A stretch of 64,000 nt of DNA. Origin: Hydrolagus colliei. Lineage: Eukaryota. The translations under genes and the position numbers were made by a program. Under the pieces are notes generated by a model that saw only the letters and a program-made list of their open reading frames with translations, was not told where the DNA came from and ran no database searches. Of this stretch, positions 23,515 to 36,625 are shown one piece after another; position 1 is the stretch's first letter; each line of letters starts with the position of its first letter. The stretch is taken from the NCBI GenBank assembly GCA_035084275.1, contig CM068746.1, positions 24,552,001 to 24,616,000 of the forward strand. Reading direction: 5' to 3'.

Positions 23515-24706
23515 ATCTGAACTGAAGCAAATCTCTAGCCAGCCTTACCGGGAGGGCGTCAATCAGGAATTGGAGGTGGAGCATAGGTCTGTGAGTCAGG
23601 CTGAAAATCGAGTGACAGACACTGGCTCTCACAAGTTGTGCTTTGTTGATGACTCTGCTGGAAATGGAGAGAATGTGGTCGGTGAGAAAGCTATAAACAC
23701 AGGCTTAATTCAGGAAGTGAGACCTAAAATGACCATCCATTGTCCTGTTGCATTCCCTATGATCCTGAGCTGCGATAAGCCAGAAGAAAAGAGCAACACA
23801 ATAGCTAAGAAACCCAAAAGAAAACTGCAGCGAACTATATCAAACTCCTCACTGGCAACCTGTTTAAGCAAAATGTCTTGTGCAAGCAAAACCTCAACTT
23901 CTTATAGTACAGGCAGCAAAAGCTCTGATAGCAAATCCAAAGTTAGTCAAACCACGAGTCAGGGTACAGAAGAGCACCTTATCTCAGACTTGGTTGATGT
24001 TGTGCATGAAAAGAGTAAGAGTCTACATATTGACACTGGAAGGGCTGTTCCTTTGGTGATGGGTGATGCAAGATGCCTCCGCCAGAGACATCCACTAAAG
24101 TCCTCACTGAAGAAGACATTTGACTGGCGTGGTCATTCCCAGAGAATTCTAGAAGAACCCAAGGCAACAAAAGACACAAAGTGCAACAGTATAAAGAAGG
24201 ATTTGGATACATGTGTAGAAAAGTCCTCTGCAAATAAGCAGAATGCACAAGAGACTGTTCAACCTCTTGATCTAGCATCAAGCCAAATCATGCAGGTTTG
24301 CGCATACTCGCTTCTTGAGAAATCTACAGAGATTTGCATTCAGTTCAATTGCTGTCCGCAGCAATGCTTGATGTTTGTGCAGCATAGTCCACTGCTTGCC
24401 CAGCAACAACAAAACCGGCCCAACCTAATGTCAGGTACAATGCACCAACATGGCAGCAGTCAACCAAAACCTACTGTGAATATTGAATCAAATACAACTC
24501 TAGATAATTGCTACTATTGCCAGAATTATAACGTTCAAATTCACAGGAACCAGAATCAGTTGCAACTCCCAGAGTCAGTGGAGTTGTTGTGGCCCAAAGA
24601 ATCTCCTTCACCAGAGCGAACTATTGAATTGTCCAGTTCTTGTGGAGGTAAAGTCCCTAAAATAACCATGACTTGCCCTACTCCGATTCCATATAAAACA
24701 CCTTAA
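23515..24706 (+). CDS. Unrecognised protein, terminal coding exon (Ser/Lys/Gln-rich, likely disordered)
   Basis: ttttaag| acceptor in phase 2, in frame with ORF 23570..24706 (378 aa); 1192 nt open with no transposon similarity that I recognise; TAA stop; ATTAAA at 24902-24907. Confidence 0.85.
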
Positions 24707-27700
24707 CAATAAGATAGGATCAGGTTGATTGTTTCAGTATTGTTTTATTTATGCAAAAACAAACTCTGACAGATCATTCTATCCATATTATATTGATGGA
24801 ACAAGAAAGATAACCGTTTCCAATGCCATATTTTTCATAAGAACACATTTGTATTCAATTAATGTAAATTATATTTGATGAGCCAAGTCTCTTCAGTGTT
24901 TATTAAAAAAATCAGAGAGAGAGAACCCTGTAGAAGCATTTAAAATAGAAAATTGTTGGGGAAAAATTCCATCAGGATGTAGATTTAATATTAATCCTTG
25001 CATTTGACATAGCACTTTATCACATACCAGTAGTCATTTTTTACTCAAAATACTTCACAGGATTTTACTGTAAAATGCTGTGACTATGTATGCAAACTTG
25101 GCAGACAATTTACACACAGCAATGTCCCGATTTTATCTTATTGTTGACCAGAACACCGGAAACAACTTACTCTTTCTTCAAATATTTCAGATTCTTCAAA
25201 TTATTAAATATAGCATTTTTGAGCCAGTTTTCTGCAAATTATTTTGAGAGCTAAGAAACCAGCTTCACATTTAAGACTGAATTCAACAATTTGCTAAATT
25301 CTGGAAGCTCTGAATTCTTTATGAAGAGAGTAAATCTAGAACCAGGTGGAATTCCTCCCCATGAGCAGATATACCACTACCTGAAACCTGTAGATTACAT
25401 AAAAATAAACACTTGGGAGTATTTCTCTAAAGTAATAATAAGAATCTTTGCATTTGATGTAACACTTTTCACCTCTTCTAGACTGTCAAAGCGCTTCACA
25501 GAATATACTGTAATGTGAATTGACTGTATATTTGTGGGCACCTGACACCTGAACAACATCTGAAATGAGTAACCAGGAACGGTGGTTATGGCAATAGCTC
25601 CTCCTTTCCCATGGTTTCCCATGTGTAACTGGGTCCAAAGATCAATCATTAGTTTTTACTGAGTTACTGTTTTAACTGGAATAGCAGTGAGGTACTGTGG
25701 CTGGATTAGCAGTGAGATCCTGCAGCTGGATTGATTGACCCTGGGTTAGAGAGGAGGAAAATTCAGATGAGATCATTATTTAGTGAAGTCTATCTTTTGG
25801 AAGTGCAAATATTTAGATCCATAATGAAAACAGACAAAGTCTAACATATGGTGCCCCCAATGTATAATCCACCAACACTTAGTGGCTATTGGATGAGTTA
25901 CTGATGGACTGTTGTTGCTTGTGGATTGCTGCCTTCGTAAGAGAAGGAACGGAGAGATAAATGGAAATTAAGAAAGATGTTTGGAAGAGAAAATAACAGC
26001 TAAACAATCCATTTTATTTGGTGCTAGCTTGAAAACAGCAATGTCCTATAAACAGCCATGAAGTGACTAGGCAATTTTATCTGAGGGAATATTGGCTATC
26101 ATTCATAGATACCATATAAAACTTTCCCTGAAATATTTTTTGTATGGCTTTCCAAAATATCATTGTATGTAGGATTATCTACTGACACTATGACTAAAAG
26201 GAAATGTTTTGCCTTCTTTTTCTGTAATAAGGGGAATGTATTTAATTCTTGTGCAAAATCTTCCCACTGTGCAAATGACAACAATGTGACTTACATTAGC
26301 AGTTTTGCGTAATATATATATTTTTAAAAATAAGATGACTTCTTATCCAGGAATTAAATCAGCAGTGTGTGCAGTCGTTGCATTAAACTCCAAGGGGAGT
26401 CACTGCACAGCCAGAACTTGCAAACAGAACCTCTGCATTTGTGAACTCTCAGAGACTACAAATAGCAATACATTAGCACAGTGAGTCTTGGCTGGGCTGC
26501 TCCCTCAAAATAATTGTTATCATTTCTGGGTTCAAATGAATTTGTTTTGACTGTCAATTCATTCACTAATGGTATCCAATGTTCTATATTTGAAATGCTT
26601 GTTGGAAGAATGCAATTTATAATGTTTACCAATATTTTGCAGTATGGAAGGAGCAGATATGGCTCAAATTATCTTGAATAATTTTTTTTTGCCTTTTTCA
26701 CTGTGAGACATCACATCATCAGCACGTCAGTTTCGATGTGTTTAGAATGAGTTAAATTCAGTCTAGTTTGAAATGACACCTGAATTTGATGCATATCCAC
26801 ACAATAGTGTGGAAATCCTACAGAGCAATTTAGCACTAGCGACAATTTTCATTTATATAGTACCCTTCACACAGGAGCTTGGAATGAAGCACAATCACGG
26901 AGTTAGATGCTGACAGTGGAGATAAGCTTGGTCGAGATTGAAGAGGTAGGTCTAAAAGCAGCAAGAAGACCAAATGGCACGACTGAGAAAACGTTTTCGG
27001 GAAATAAGAATCGTTTACTGCAATACTTTATGCATAGATTGTAGATAGCTTCCACTGTGAAGGAACTACAGATGAAACATATTTTTACAGCAGCTTCAGA
27101 TTCCTGTCAACTGATGGATTATTATGTAAAAGCCACCCATGCTAGTTAAAGGTTAATTACTGTTTGACCCTTGGGGAATTGTTATTTTAGTAACAGTGGA
27201 ATGGAAGGGGAATTAATTTCCAGTTATGGAATATTCATGATACTCCCAAATTAACAACTTGCATTCATATGGTGCCCTTCACATAGGGTAAAGTCTCGGA
27301 GTGCTTTGCAGGATACTTTAATGAGCCATGTTCTTTCAAAATAATTTTTCTTCTATGAAAAGTGTTTTACTTGTGTTCACAAAATCGTTTGACCTTTTCT
27401 ATAACTGGATATCAATTTAATTATAACCTTTCCATTTGATGTAGTGTCTACTCAACTAAAACACATTTCAGGTAGAATAATTACTGTAAAGTGCTGTGAC
27501 TTGTAGGTGAACACAGCAGACAGTTTATGCAAAGAAAGGATCCGCAAATGGCGTGATGTGAATGATCAATTAATCTAGTAGATTGTTAGCCAAGACGCTG
27601 AGAAAAACTTGATTCTCTTTTGGATAATAGAATATGCTAGTAAATGTGCAGCTGAACAGACAGATATGATCGATCTTAATTTAACATGGTTAGGAATTCC

Positions 27701-28644
27701 ACTTTGGTCTACGTTTGCTCATTAAAGTAGCATTTCAGTGCCTTAAATGCAACCTCAAGTACCTACATCTTAAATATAAAACAGTATTCCATACATTCTT
27801 TTAAGGCAGCTCACCACAACATGTCGGCTTTGAATGAGTTTGACAAATAAAAACAAAAGTAGATTTTATAGATGCATTCCTGATTTATCCTTTCAACTGA
27901 TTTGTCACTTGATTGTTTCTCAAACAGGTTCCTTTCTGACTCTGCCCCATGGTGATTCAGGGAGCTGTGAACCTGTGTTACGCTCTGTGCTTTTACAGGC
28001 ATCAGTAGTTATAGCGACCTCCAGCTGTTCTGCCAGGCCCCCTACCTGTAGTAATGCATTCCTTAAATATTTTTGAAGCATCGAGCCTGATCCAATAGAA
28101 CTCTGGAGCACAATGTGGTTTAAGTAAGCAATTGACAGTGCCAGGCTTTAGCAAAAATTATAAAAACATTTGAAAGTAGCTGTGGGAAAACTAAATAGCA
28201 AATATTAAAGTGCATCTCATATACAATGCCTAGGATTGCAAAAGCTTTCCTTTACTTTTTGTTTGTGTACACTTTCCTGAAAAAGCCCAAATTAGTTAAA
28301 GTGTCTTTTCATTTATTTGCCCCCAAATAAAAAAGCTTTAGTCGTTGTGAGCTTGGTTCGCTATCAAGATTGTCTATTCTCCAAGCCGGCCTGATTCAGT
28401 GCAAGTGCCAAATTTTAACCTACCCATTCTGTGTTACTGTAACTGCTGTTTATGTGGGATGATTGCACTTTAACCTGGACCAGGGGGAATAACAACAATA
28501 ATAATAGTCCCATTGGTTCCCCCCTAATCCCCTCTATCCTCCCCGATTCCAACCCCAGCTCGGGTCTGAAACGTCTGTCCAGCACCTTGGGATGTCCTCT
28601 CAACATGAAAGGCGCTATACAAATGTAATTTTGTTGTTGTTGTA

Positions 28645-28825
28645 AAAATAATCCTTATTTGAGGTAGTGTCTTTTCACGTCTTTGAGACGTCTCAAAGCG
28701 CTTCACTGAATATACTGTAAAGTGAATTTACTATATATTTTTGGGGTGAAATGTGGCAGCCAATTGCGCAGAGCAGTAACCCACGAACAGTCATGGATTG
28801 AAGTGATCAATTTAATTATTATTAC
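28645..28825 (-). mobile_element. SINE 3' portion, tail-to-tail with a plus-strand L2-type tail (~28520-28642)
   Basis: ggcagccaattgcgcagagcag is the reverse complement of the SINE body; upstream gcaccttgggatgtcctctcaacatgaaaggcgctatacaaatgtaatt(ttg)n. Confidence 0.75.
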
Positions 28826-31709
28826 TATTTGCCTGACGGTTGATTTTTTAACTCAATCTGGCAACTTCCTACTGCTTGTCTATTTAGAAATTTACAGTAT
28901 AGAGGAAGACCATTTGACCCATTATGTCAGCTAGATAGTCACGCTACCCATTAGCATTTTGGGTTGCATTGTTAACATGAGCTGAGTGGGAAGAATCCTT
29001 GCCCCTAGTGACTAGTCTGCTCCTCTAGGGTATGTCAATGAGCCAGGCTGACTGGTTTGTCATCAGCAGACGTCTGTATTCCTACCTGGTTCAGGAACCA
29101 GACTACAGCCACAGAAAATTGACCTTGGAGCCAACTCAGCTGAGCTCAGCTGATTTTTGACATGAGGTTTAGGAGGTGATGTCCCAGCTGTGTGTACTCA
29201 TTGTTGGTTTTGAAACCATATACAACAGCAACCTTATTCAGCATCAAATCAAGCTACAGATTGAAACCGAATATTGTGTATATTCATAAGATATTTTGAT
29301 GAGAGGTTAAACGGCACTGCTTTATATCTTATTGTTGTGACGCATTACAAATACGCAGTCACTACACTTAATAGTAAGATGCTGTGAAGCATTTTGTGAC
29401 GTCTCAATGTGACGTCCCCTCCCAGTTGGCCAATGCTTTGTAGAGTTGGGGATGGAATGCAACGTGAGGCAAGTGAAGAGCAAACAAACACTGGTGAGGG
29501 GAGAATGTGAAAATATTGGAATATTTGTGAAGAAATGCAGTAGTGAAGAGTTGTGAGCCCTTTGCCCACAGCTGTTGGATATGAGTGGGAATCCAATGCT
29601 TCTTTCAGTCTGCCTCCCCACTCGTGACCCAGCTGTGGTCTGTGACTGCTTCAGGGCAAATATTGAATTGTTGATGTAGCATTGAACAAGGGAGCATCCA
29701 AGTACTGGAATCTGGCCGATCTGGCCAGTCCCAAAAGTGGGTTGAAGATTTTCTACATTTGCATACACTTCAGTGAACCCGGACTTGTGTCTCCATTACA
29801 ACATGTAATGCGGCTGTGTCAACGATCCTATTATCCCGATGACTGTTATTCAAGGCACTTTTTCATTTGCAGTTCCAACTTCCTCCTCAACCGAGCAGAG
29901 GTCAGCAGATTCTCCACTGGGAGAAATCAGTCAGTGGCGCCCTTGCGTTTTCTTATGCTACTTCCGGGGTGGTATAGGTTGAGGCCTAGAGGCCACAGAA
30001 TATATAAACTACCTCCTGATGTGAAATTGTACGATATCAACCCAGGAGGTTACAGGTTGGTGTGAGCTAATTGATGAGCCAATGCTTTTCACATTGCTTC
30101 TCACATTTCACGCCGTCGAGATGTCTCAAAGCGCTTCACAAGATTTCACTGTGAAGTGGAGTGATTATTGAATGATTATGTGCCTTTCTGTAAGATAAGA
30201 TTCTGTCACACACTTGGGTTTAGACTTAGGCAACAATGTAAACATGATACAGTTTTGTAAAATATGCGATAATGTTCAGCAGCTCCAGAACTACATATCT
30301 TTAATTTATTTTCTTATGAATGCTGTTATGTGTGTCGAGTCCACTGGAGGGCAAACTGAGGAAAGGGGTGGGAGAGACCTGAGGAAAAGCAGCAATTGTG
30401 ACCAAAATCGCACCCGAAAAGATGAGTCTTAATAAGGGTTCGATGCCGGGGAGTGGGTTGGGGGTGTGGAGATGCATGAAAGTGGAGGTACCTTGGTTTG
30501 GTCGTGGAGGTAGAAAGGCTGAGAGCTCACCCACTGATGCTAGGATGGATTACGCTGTGGATGTGAAGCAGGCCAATGCTTCACCAAATGTAATTTTGGT
30601 GTTGTTGTTGTTTATCAAATGCAAGGATTATTATTCTATAAAAATTTTAACTGAAAGGAGAAATGCAGAATTTTAAATCTAAATCTCAATAACTCTCAGG
30701 TCATTTTAAAACACTGTATCAATCGGTTTTGCTTCAGCTCATATATGAATAGACCTGCAGGGGGTGCTGCAGTGCTATTGAAACATATTCTCCAACATAT
30801 TATTGTATACAGAAATTACATCACTTGTTACAGCATGAATATCCTTTTTTTGGATAATTTCCTTGTTTATTCTCGAATCTTAATGAGACATCAGAGCTTG
30901 TGTAAAAAAGATTTGAAAATGGTTCACTCCATTTCAATGGAGCATAATTGCATTTTTTTGGAGGGAACATGACTGTGACAATATGTTGTGATCATATTAG
31001 AACACTGTCAAAATGTGTTTACGTGGAAAACTCAGGTTGAACAACAAAACAACAAAATTACATTGCAAGAGCGCCCTTCACACTGGGAGGACGTCCCAAG
31101 TCGCTGGTTGAAATTGATTCAGCTGAAGAATTTTCCTCAATTACACCCGATCTGCAATTTTGCATATTTGCCTACAAAATGTAGAGTCCCTACAACTTTA
31201 CAGTATCTTTGTGAAACACTTTGATACATCCTGCTGAGTTAAAATGTGCTACAATTTTGTTATTGTAATTAATAATCTTCTTATTAATAATAAGACAAAA
31301 TGGTCTTAAGGCAGAGACAAGGTGAAAGAGCCAGCCTTAGATTAGCTGTATTAGAATATTATAATGTACATTCAAGATCAGTTGCCCCTCCACTTGGCAT
31401 AACACGTCCTCCAACCCCAATATCTATCAACCACAGCAATGTAATATAAATTTGATATGTACGAACCATTTACTCAGTATTTTGTTTCCTCTCACCACCT
31501 ACTGCCAATTATTCCTTTGAAGTTCAGATGCAACATGTTTATTTCCCTTCTTAGCATTTCAGGAAGTGCAAACAAGCTGGTAAACATCATTAGGATACCT
31601 CAGCATCTGTCACCCTTTCTTTCTGTGCACTTTTATATGATGTACAGAAATGAACAAACCTGAATTTGATTTTCAACTGGAATAACAAATTTGAAATGCT
31701 TCTCGACTG

Positions 31710-32010
31710 AAAATGGGTTTGATTCCCAGGCACGGAGAAATGAAAGGCAAGTTTCCTTATTCCACATGTATCTGTTTAACAAGCAGTAAGTAGGAACCTG
31801 GATATTAATTGATTGGGGGATTGCTTTCCAAGCGGTAATAAATCCTTTTTAAAAAAAAATGTGGTCACTCAATCTATGGCAGTTTGTGAGACACTGCTGT
31901 GCGCTGCCGTGTTTCTCTCACAAAATATAGTCAATTCACTTTACAGTATATAAAGACCCTCTCAGAGACATAATTAGGCACTGTATCAAATGCGTGGATT
32001 ATTATTATAA
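31710..32010 (+). mobile_element. SINE of a longer subfamily
   Basis: Same body and tail as other copies plus an extra internal segment atctgtttaacaagcagtaagtaggaacctgg... Confidence 0.75.
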
Positions 32011-33897
32011 GTAACCAATAACTCAAATCATTGCATTTTTTTCTCGAATTACATTTTGAAAACTCACTGGAATTCTTTCCCTAAACTCTCCACCTCGCAC
32101 TTTCCCTTTCTGCTTTCAAAATCCTTCTAAAAACCTGCTTCTTTGACTGTAACTTCGGTCACCTGCCTACTACCTACGCCCCCTCCCCCCAGCCCCCCCA
32201 CCCACATCCCTCCACATCTCCAACTCACTTAGGTTCCCACTTTGAAGCGCTTTGAGACTTTTCCTATGTGGAAGGCAATAAATGTTATTGCTGGTGGTGT
32301 TGAGCTATAGGACATTGTTGTTTCCAAATCATTTCTGAAAGCTGGGCCATTATGGTAGCCTGCATTAGAAATGGATGAGGTGGATCAAGCTTAAAAAGCC
32401 AAAGAGATGTCCCATTCTTCTCAACTTCTTACATTCAACTATTATTCCTCAACCATTTGTGGAAGATGCAAATCTCATTAAGTACTTCATCCAATGATCT
32501 CCAAGGTTTTCCACCTATTGATTCTATAAGGTCAATTTTGCAGGATTTCTTAATTAAGTAATGGATATGAGGGAACACAACTCTATAAACAGCTTGTTTT
32601 CGAATTGGCATCTGGGACTTAATTGAAAAATCTGTTAAGAAATACAGTACAGTACCTTCAAAATCAACCCCCTTGGATTCGAAAAACCAGTCTGTGGCTG
32701 CCAAAAGAAATTATAAAGTATCATTAAAAGGCAACTAGTCATAGACAGTGACACATCTATTTCAGTAGCAGGCAGTATTACTGCCAACCATAAGCGTTAA
32801 CTGCTGTCAGGTTCAAATGGTTTCTTTATTTTTAGATGATTTGCTATATTTAAAAAAACTTCAACTTTTCTGAATGTCTGTTCTTAAATCTAAAAGAACT
32901 CTCCAGTCAGAAAGAGGATATCTTTCTATGAGGATTACAGTTTTAAATGTCATTTTCTCCCCACCTCCTTCCCTTCCTACCTGTTACTGGGTTGAACTTT
33001 CTGAGAATTACTTCTCAGCTACTATTGAAGTGACAGGCATAGCAACAGTGATCACTGATTCAGTACAGTACAGCACAGTTAACCTTGCTGCTTTGAAAGC
33101 AGGTCAGCACCTCAAGGCAAAAAGCCAAGCACAAGCTGTGGAAACTGGACCCTCACCGTTAAAATTAGTTTAGCCACAGTGACAGAACGTGAATAAACTT
33201 TGTTTTGGCCATATGTTGCTGGCAACTGGATAATTTTTTTTTTGACAAATTTGAATAATTTCATGGAGATAAATGTTTATCAATTGATCCATCAAGATAA
33301 TTTATTTAAAATCATTGGGTATAGTCTCTGCACTTTGCAGTCAACTCGTGTGAAGCTATCATATAATTATCATAGCTTCACATGAGCTATGCAAATTATA
33401 GAAAATATACTGTATATCAGATACAAAATAAAATGCAAGTCTTTTACTTTTCATCTTCATTCATGCTTGATCTTTCTTCACAATTTTCCCTCCTTCACTC
33501 TTCTAACCTCTCCTGAAGGCAATAACTTAAGTTAACAGTCATTGGTAGCTCACTGGTATTCTGCCGAAAAGGATATATTGTATGTGTAATTTAACTCTAG
33601 ACTGTGAGCTAAGCCCATTTCTGTCTTCACCCTAAATCCACACATGTGTCTATCCTAGAAAAGGTCACTGGATAGAGATCGGGACCGGTAATGCTGGCTG
33701 CCTCCGTAGATCCTGCATGTCAAAGCGAATTGCAGTACACTCACTGTTCTCCTGTCTGAGAGTAGATCACTTGTGTGTGACTCAATTCGCTCAATAGTTG
33801 CAACAAAATGATAAAGTGAAAGTATATTGCTGCATTGTAGAAAGATTAAACAGTTTGCATTGGATGGGGTATCCCTGTAATCATCTATACTACTACT

Positions 33898-34230
33898 AAT
33901 AATAATAATCCTTGCATTTGATATAGCGCTTTCCACATCTTATCAACGTCCCAAAGCGCTTCACAGAATATGCTGTAAAGTGAATTGACTGTATATATTT
34001 GTGGGCGAATCGCGGCAGCCAATTGCGCACAGCAGTGTCCCACACACAGTCGTGGATTGAAATGACCAATTTTATTATAGTGATTTTTTGGGAGGGATTA
34101 TTATTAGGCGTGTGGAGTAAGGAAACTTGCCCAAGGTTTCGCCCTGACCTGCCTGGATTCGAACACAGGTCTCCCCAGCTTGGTCTCCCCAGCTTGCAAG
34201 ACAAGTGCTCTAACCACTAAGCCACAGGAG
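33898..34230 (-). mobile_element. tRNA-derived SINE, full length, well preserved
   Basis: Reverse strand: ctcctgtggcttagtggttagagcacttgtcttgcaagc...gttcgaatccagg...ccttgggcaagtttccttactccacacgcct...(tta)n; internal 14-nt duplication ggtctccccagctt. Confidence 0.9.
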
Positions 34231-36289
34231 CTATCATTCACTGATCAGTCTTTCTATAAACTCAAACTCGCCAAAGTTAGTAAATTGTCCAAGTTCAAAG
34301 AATCATTGCTTGCTTTCTCCAATGCATATGTTTGCTTGAGTTAAATAAAAGCCAGCAGTCTATTCAGCTGGTATCTTGCAGCTTGCTCCCCGTCTACAAA
34401 CTCACTCACACAAACACATGTATACACACAACTTTGATCTGGAAACACACATGTACACGCAAACAAACATGTCTAATCTCAGACTGAGAATAGATTACCT
34501 GATTCCTGGATTCTCACATTGATATCAGTACTGTGTAAAGGACAAAGGGTGGTTCATTTATTTGGGTACTTGATATTTTCTTCTTTTATGCCAATCTAAC
34601 CAAGTTGGCCTATTTCCTTTGCAAGTTTACATAGAAGTTTTGTGGTAATATCTAAAAAGGATGGGAAATAACAAAGGTTGCTACATTGAGAAGTTGATTT
34701 CCCACTGCTCTATCTCCATCATCTATCAAATGGCCGACTTCAGGCACAACACACTTTGTATGGATGTGGCTCAGGCTTTCATTGAGACATTAATCCTATA
34801 GTTAATGGCTTGAGTTAGGGATCGGAGGCTACGTGATCAAGCTTTAAACACTGCTGCTGCAAAAGCAGAGTCAATCCCAGGAGAATTTTCTCTTCAATAT
34901 GTTAGCAGCTGCCAGCTTCACAGTGGTTACACCGGCATATGTGACCTGAGACCACTGACTGTTCACAGCAAGAGCAAAAGACCAGTGAAAGAAACCAAGA
35001 ATTTTGGAAGATAAACCCATATATGCCCTTTTCATTATAGACATCAAACAGTTAAAGGCAGTAGATGTGTGAGAGTACACATTAATGAACGTTTTAGTTG
35101 TTATAACATTGTAATAGATAATCTAATTTTCATTTCAGGAAGTCAAATGTAACCATTGGATTCTGTCATTTATAAGGATCTTGTGCAAATTTTATTCATT
35201 TACTAACAATTTTGCTTAAAATGCAGGTAAATTCATCCTACCAGAGTCTATTAATGAACTGATATGGAAGCAGACGGCAATTAAAGGTGTAAATTCCAAA
35301 AGAACACTGATGATAGTGTATACGTTTGTTTGGTTACAGATTTCATTGTAGGCCTGAGAAAACTGCAAGGAAGCTGCAAACTCCACCTCTGATTATTGCA
35401 CAACAATTTCTTTTTGCATACAAAATATACAATTTAGAGTACAGTGTACAATCCTTGCATTTGAATAAATTGGATATCCTGCGAATGCTTTAAAACATTC
35501 TCCCGACGTGAACCTCGGGATTGGGCAGTTGTCTGAAAAGCAAGAGGCTGCCTCATCTATGACATGGGCTGCATTGACACGTGGGCTGTGACCCTGATAG
35601 CAAGGATGTTCCTATGCTACTATGGTGTTCAACAGCAACAACAACTTGCATTGATATAGTGCCCTCAGTGAGGAAACATCCCAGAGCAAGTCCCACAGTA
35701 TTTTCCTGTGATACTCCATAAATTAATGCAAAAAGCTTTAATAACTGGCAGCTCTGAGGTTCTAAAGGTATACTGTGGGCTAATTTAAAGACTTTATGGA
35801 ACACAAAATGTTAGGTTGAATTGGAAAATCTTAGAATCATAGAATTATACAGCACAGAAGGAGACCATTTGGCCTATCATATCTGTGCCTGCTCTCTGAA
35901 AAGAGCTGTCCAAATCAATTCAATTTCTCCACTGTCTCCCCATAGCCCTGAAAACATGATCTAACCAGATATGCAATCTTACCATCTATGCATTGAATAC
36001 AGATTTTTAATATTAAGCATCCTAATGGGTTATAAAATTAAATGTGCCCCAGGAAACACACTCAGCTGCTTATAATTCTGAATTGTAACATGAGAACATA
36101 AAAACAGATATAGGCCATTTAACCCAACAAATTAATAGCAGTTCTTGAATTTTTCTAGGCGCAGACTATTGGTAACAGAATCATCACGCTAACTGACTTG
36201 TGGGAACTCCAATTCAAAAGTAAATTGTTTTGCAGCAGAGTTCCTATAGAAGTCAAGCTAAGGCTTTTCAGTGTTTTAAAGAGTTGTGT

Positions 36290-36625
36290 CAGAAGGGAAT
36301 TTTTCTAGAAGTATATAAAATTTTAAATGGGATTGCGAAAGTAAAGCCTGAACAAGACTTTTCAATGTAATAAGAGAGATACAGATTTAGAGTTGCAAAA
36401 GGTGGTAATTTTAGGTCAGATACCAGGAAGTATTTATTTATCCAGAAGGTAATTAAACACTGGAATAGGTTGCCAAGAAGGATAGTTGAGGCCAGGGTAC
36501 TGGACCCATTAAAAAAAAATAAGCTTGAAGCTATTCTGAGAAGACAGTGGGGTGGGTATTTTGAAAGAATGAGACAGAATTAACCGAAGGGCCTTCTGAA
36601 TCCAAAGCAATCTTGTGATCTTGTG
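36290..36625 (+). mobile_element. Old CR1-clade LINE 3' fragment
   Basis: Remnants reading EVYKILNG and RKYLFIQKVIKHWNRLP, CR1 ORF2 C-terminal motifs. Confidence 0.65.

Noticed and set aside
23570-24706. Single-exon 378-aa gene starting at 23570
   Set aside because: The start is TTG, and the frame extends upstream to a splice acceptor at 23514; better explained as the terminal exon
29322-30676. Several 70-148 aa ORFs as a possible gene
   Set aside because: No recognisable homology or consistent splice chain; interleaved with SINE and L2 tail fragments
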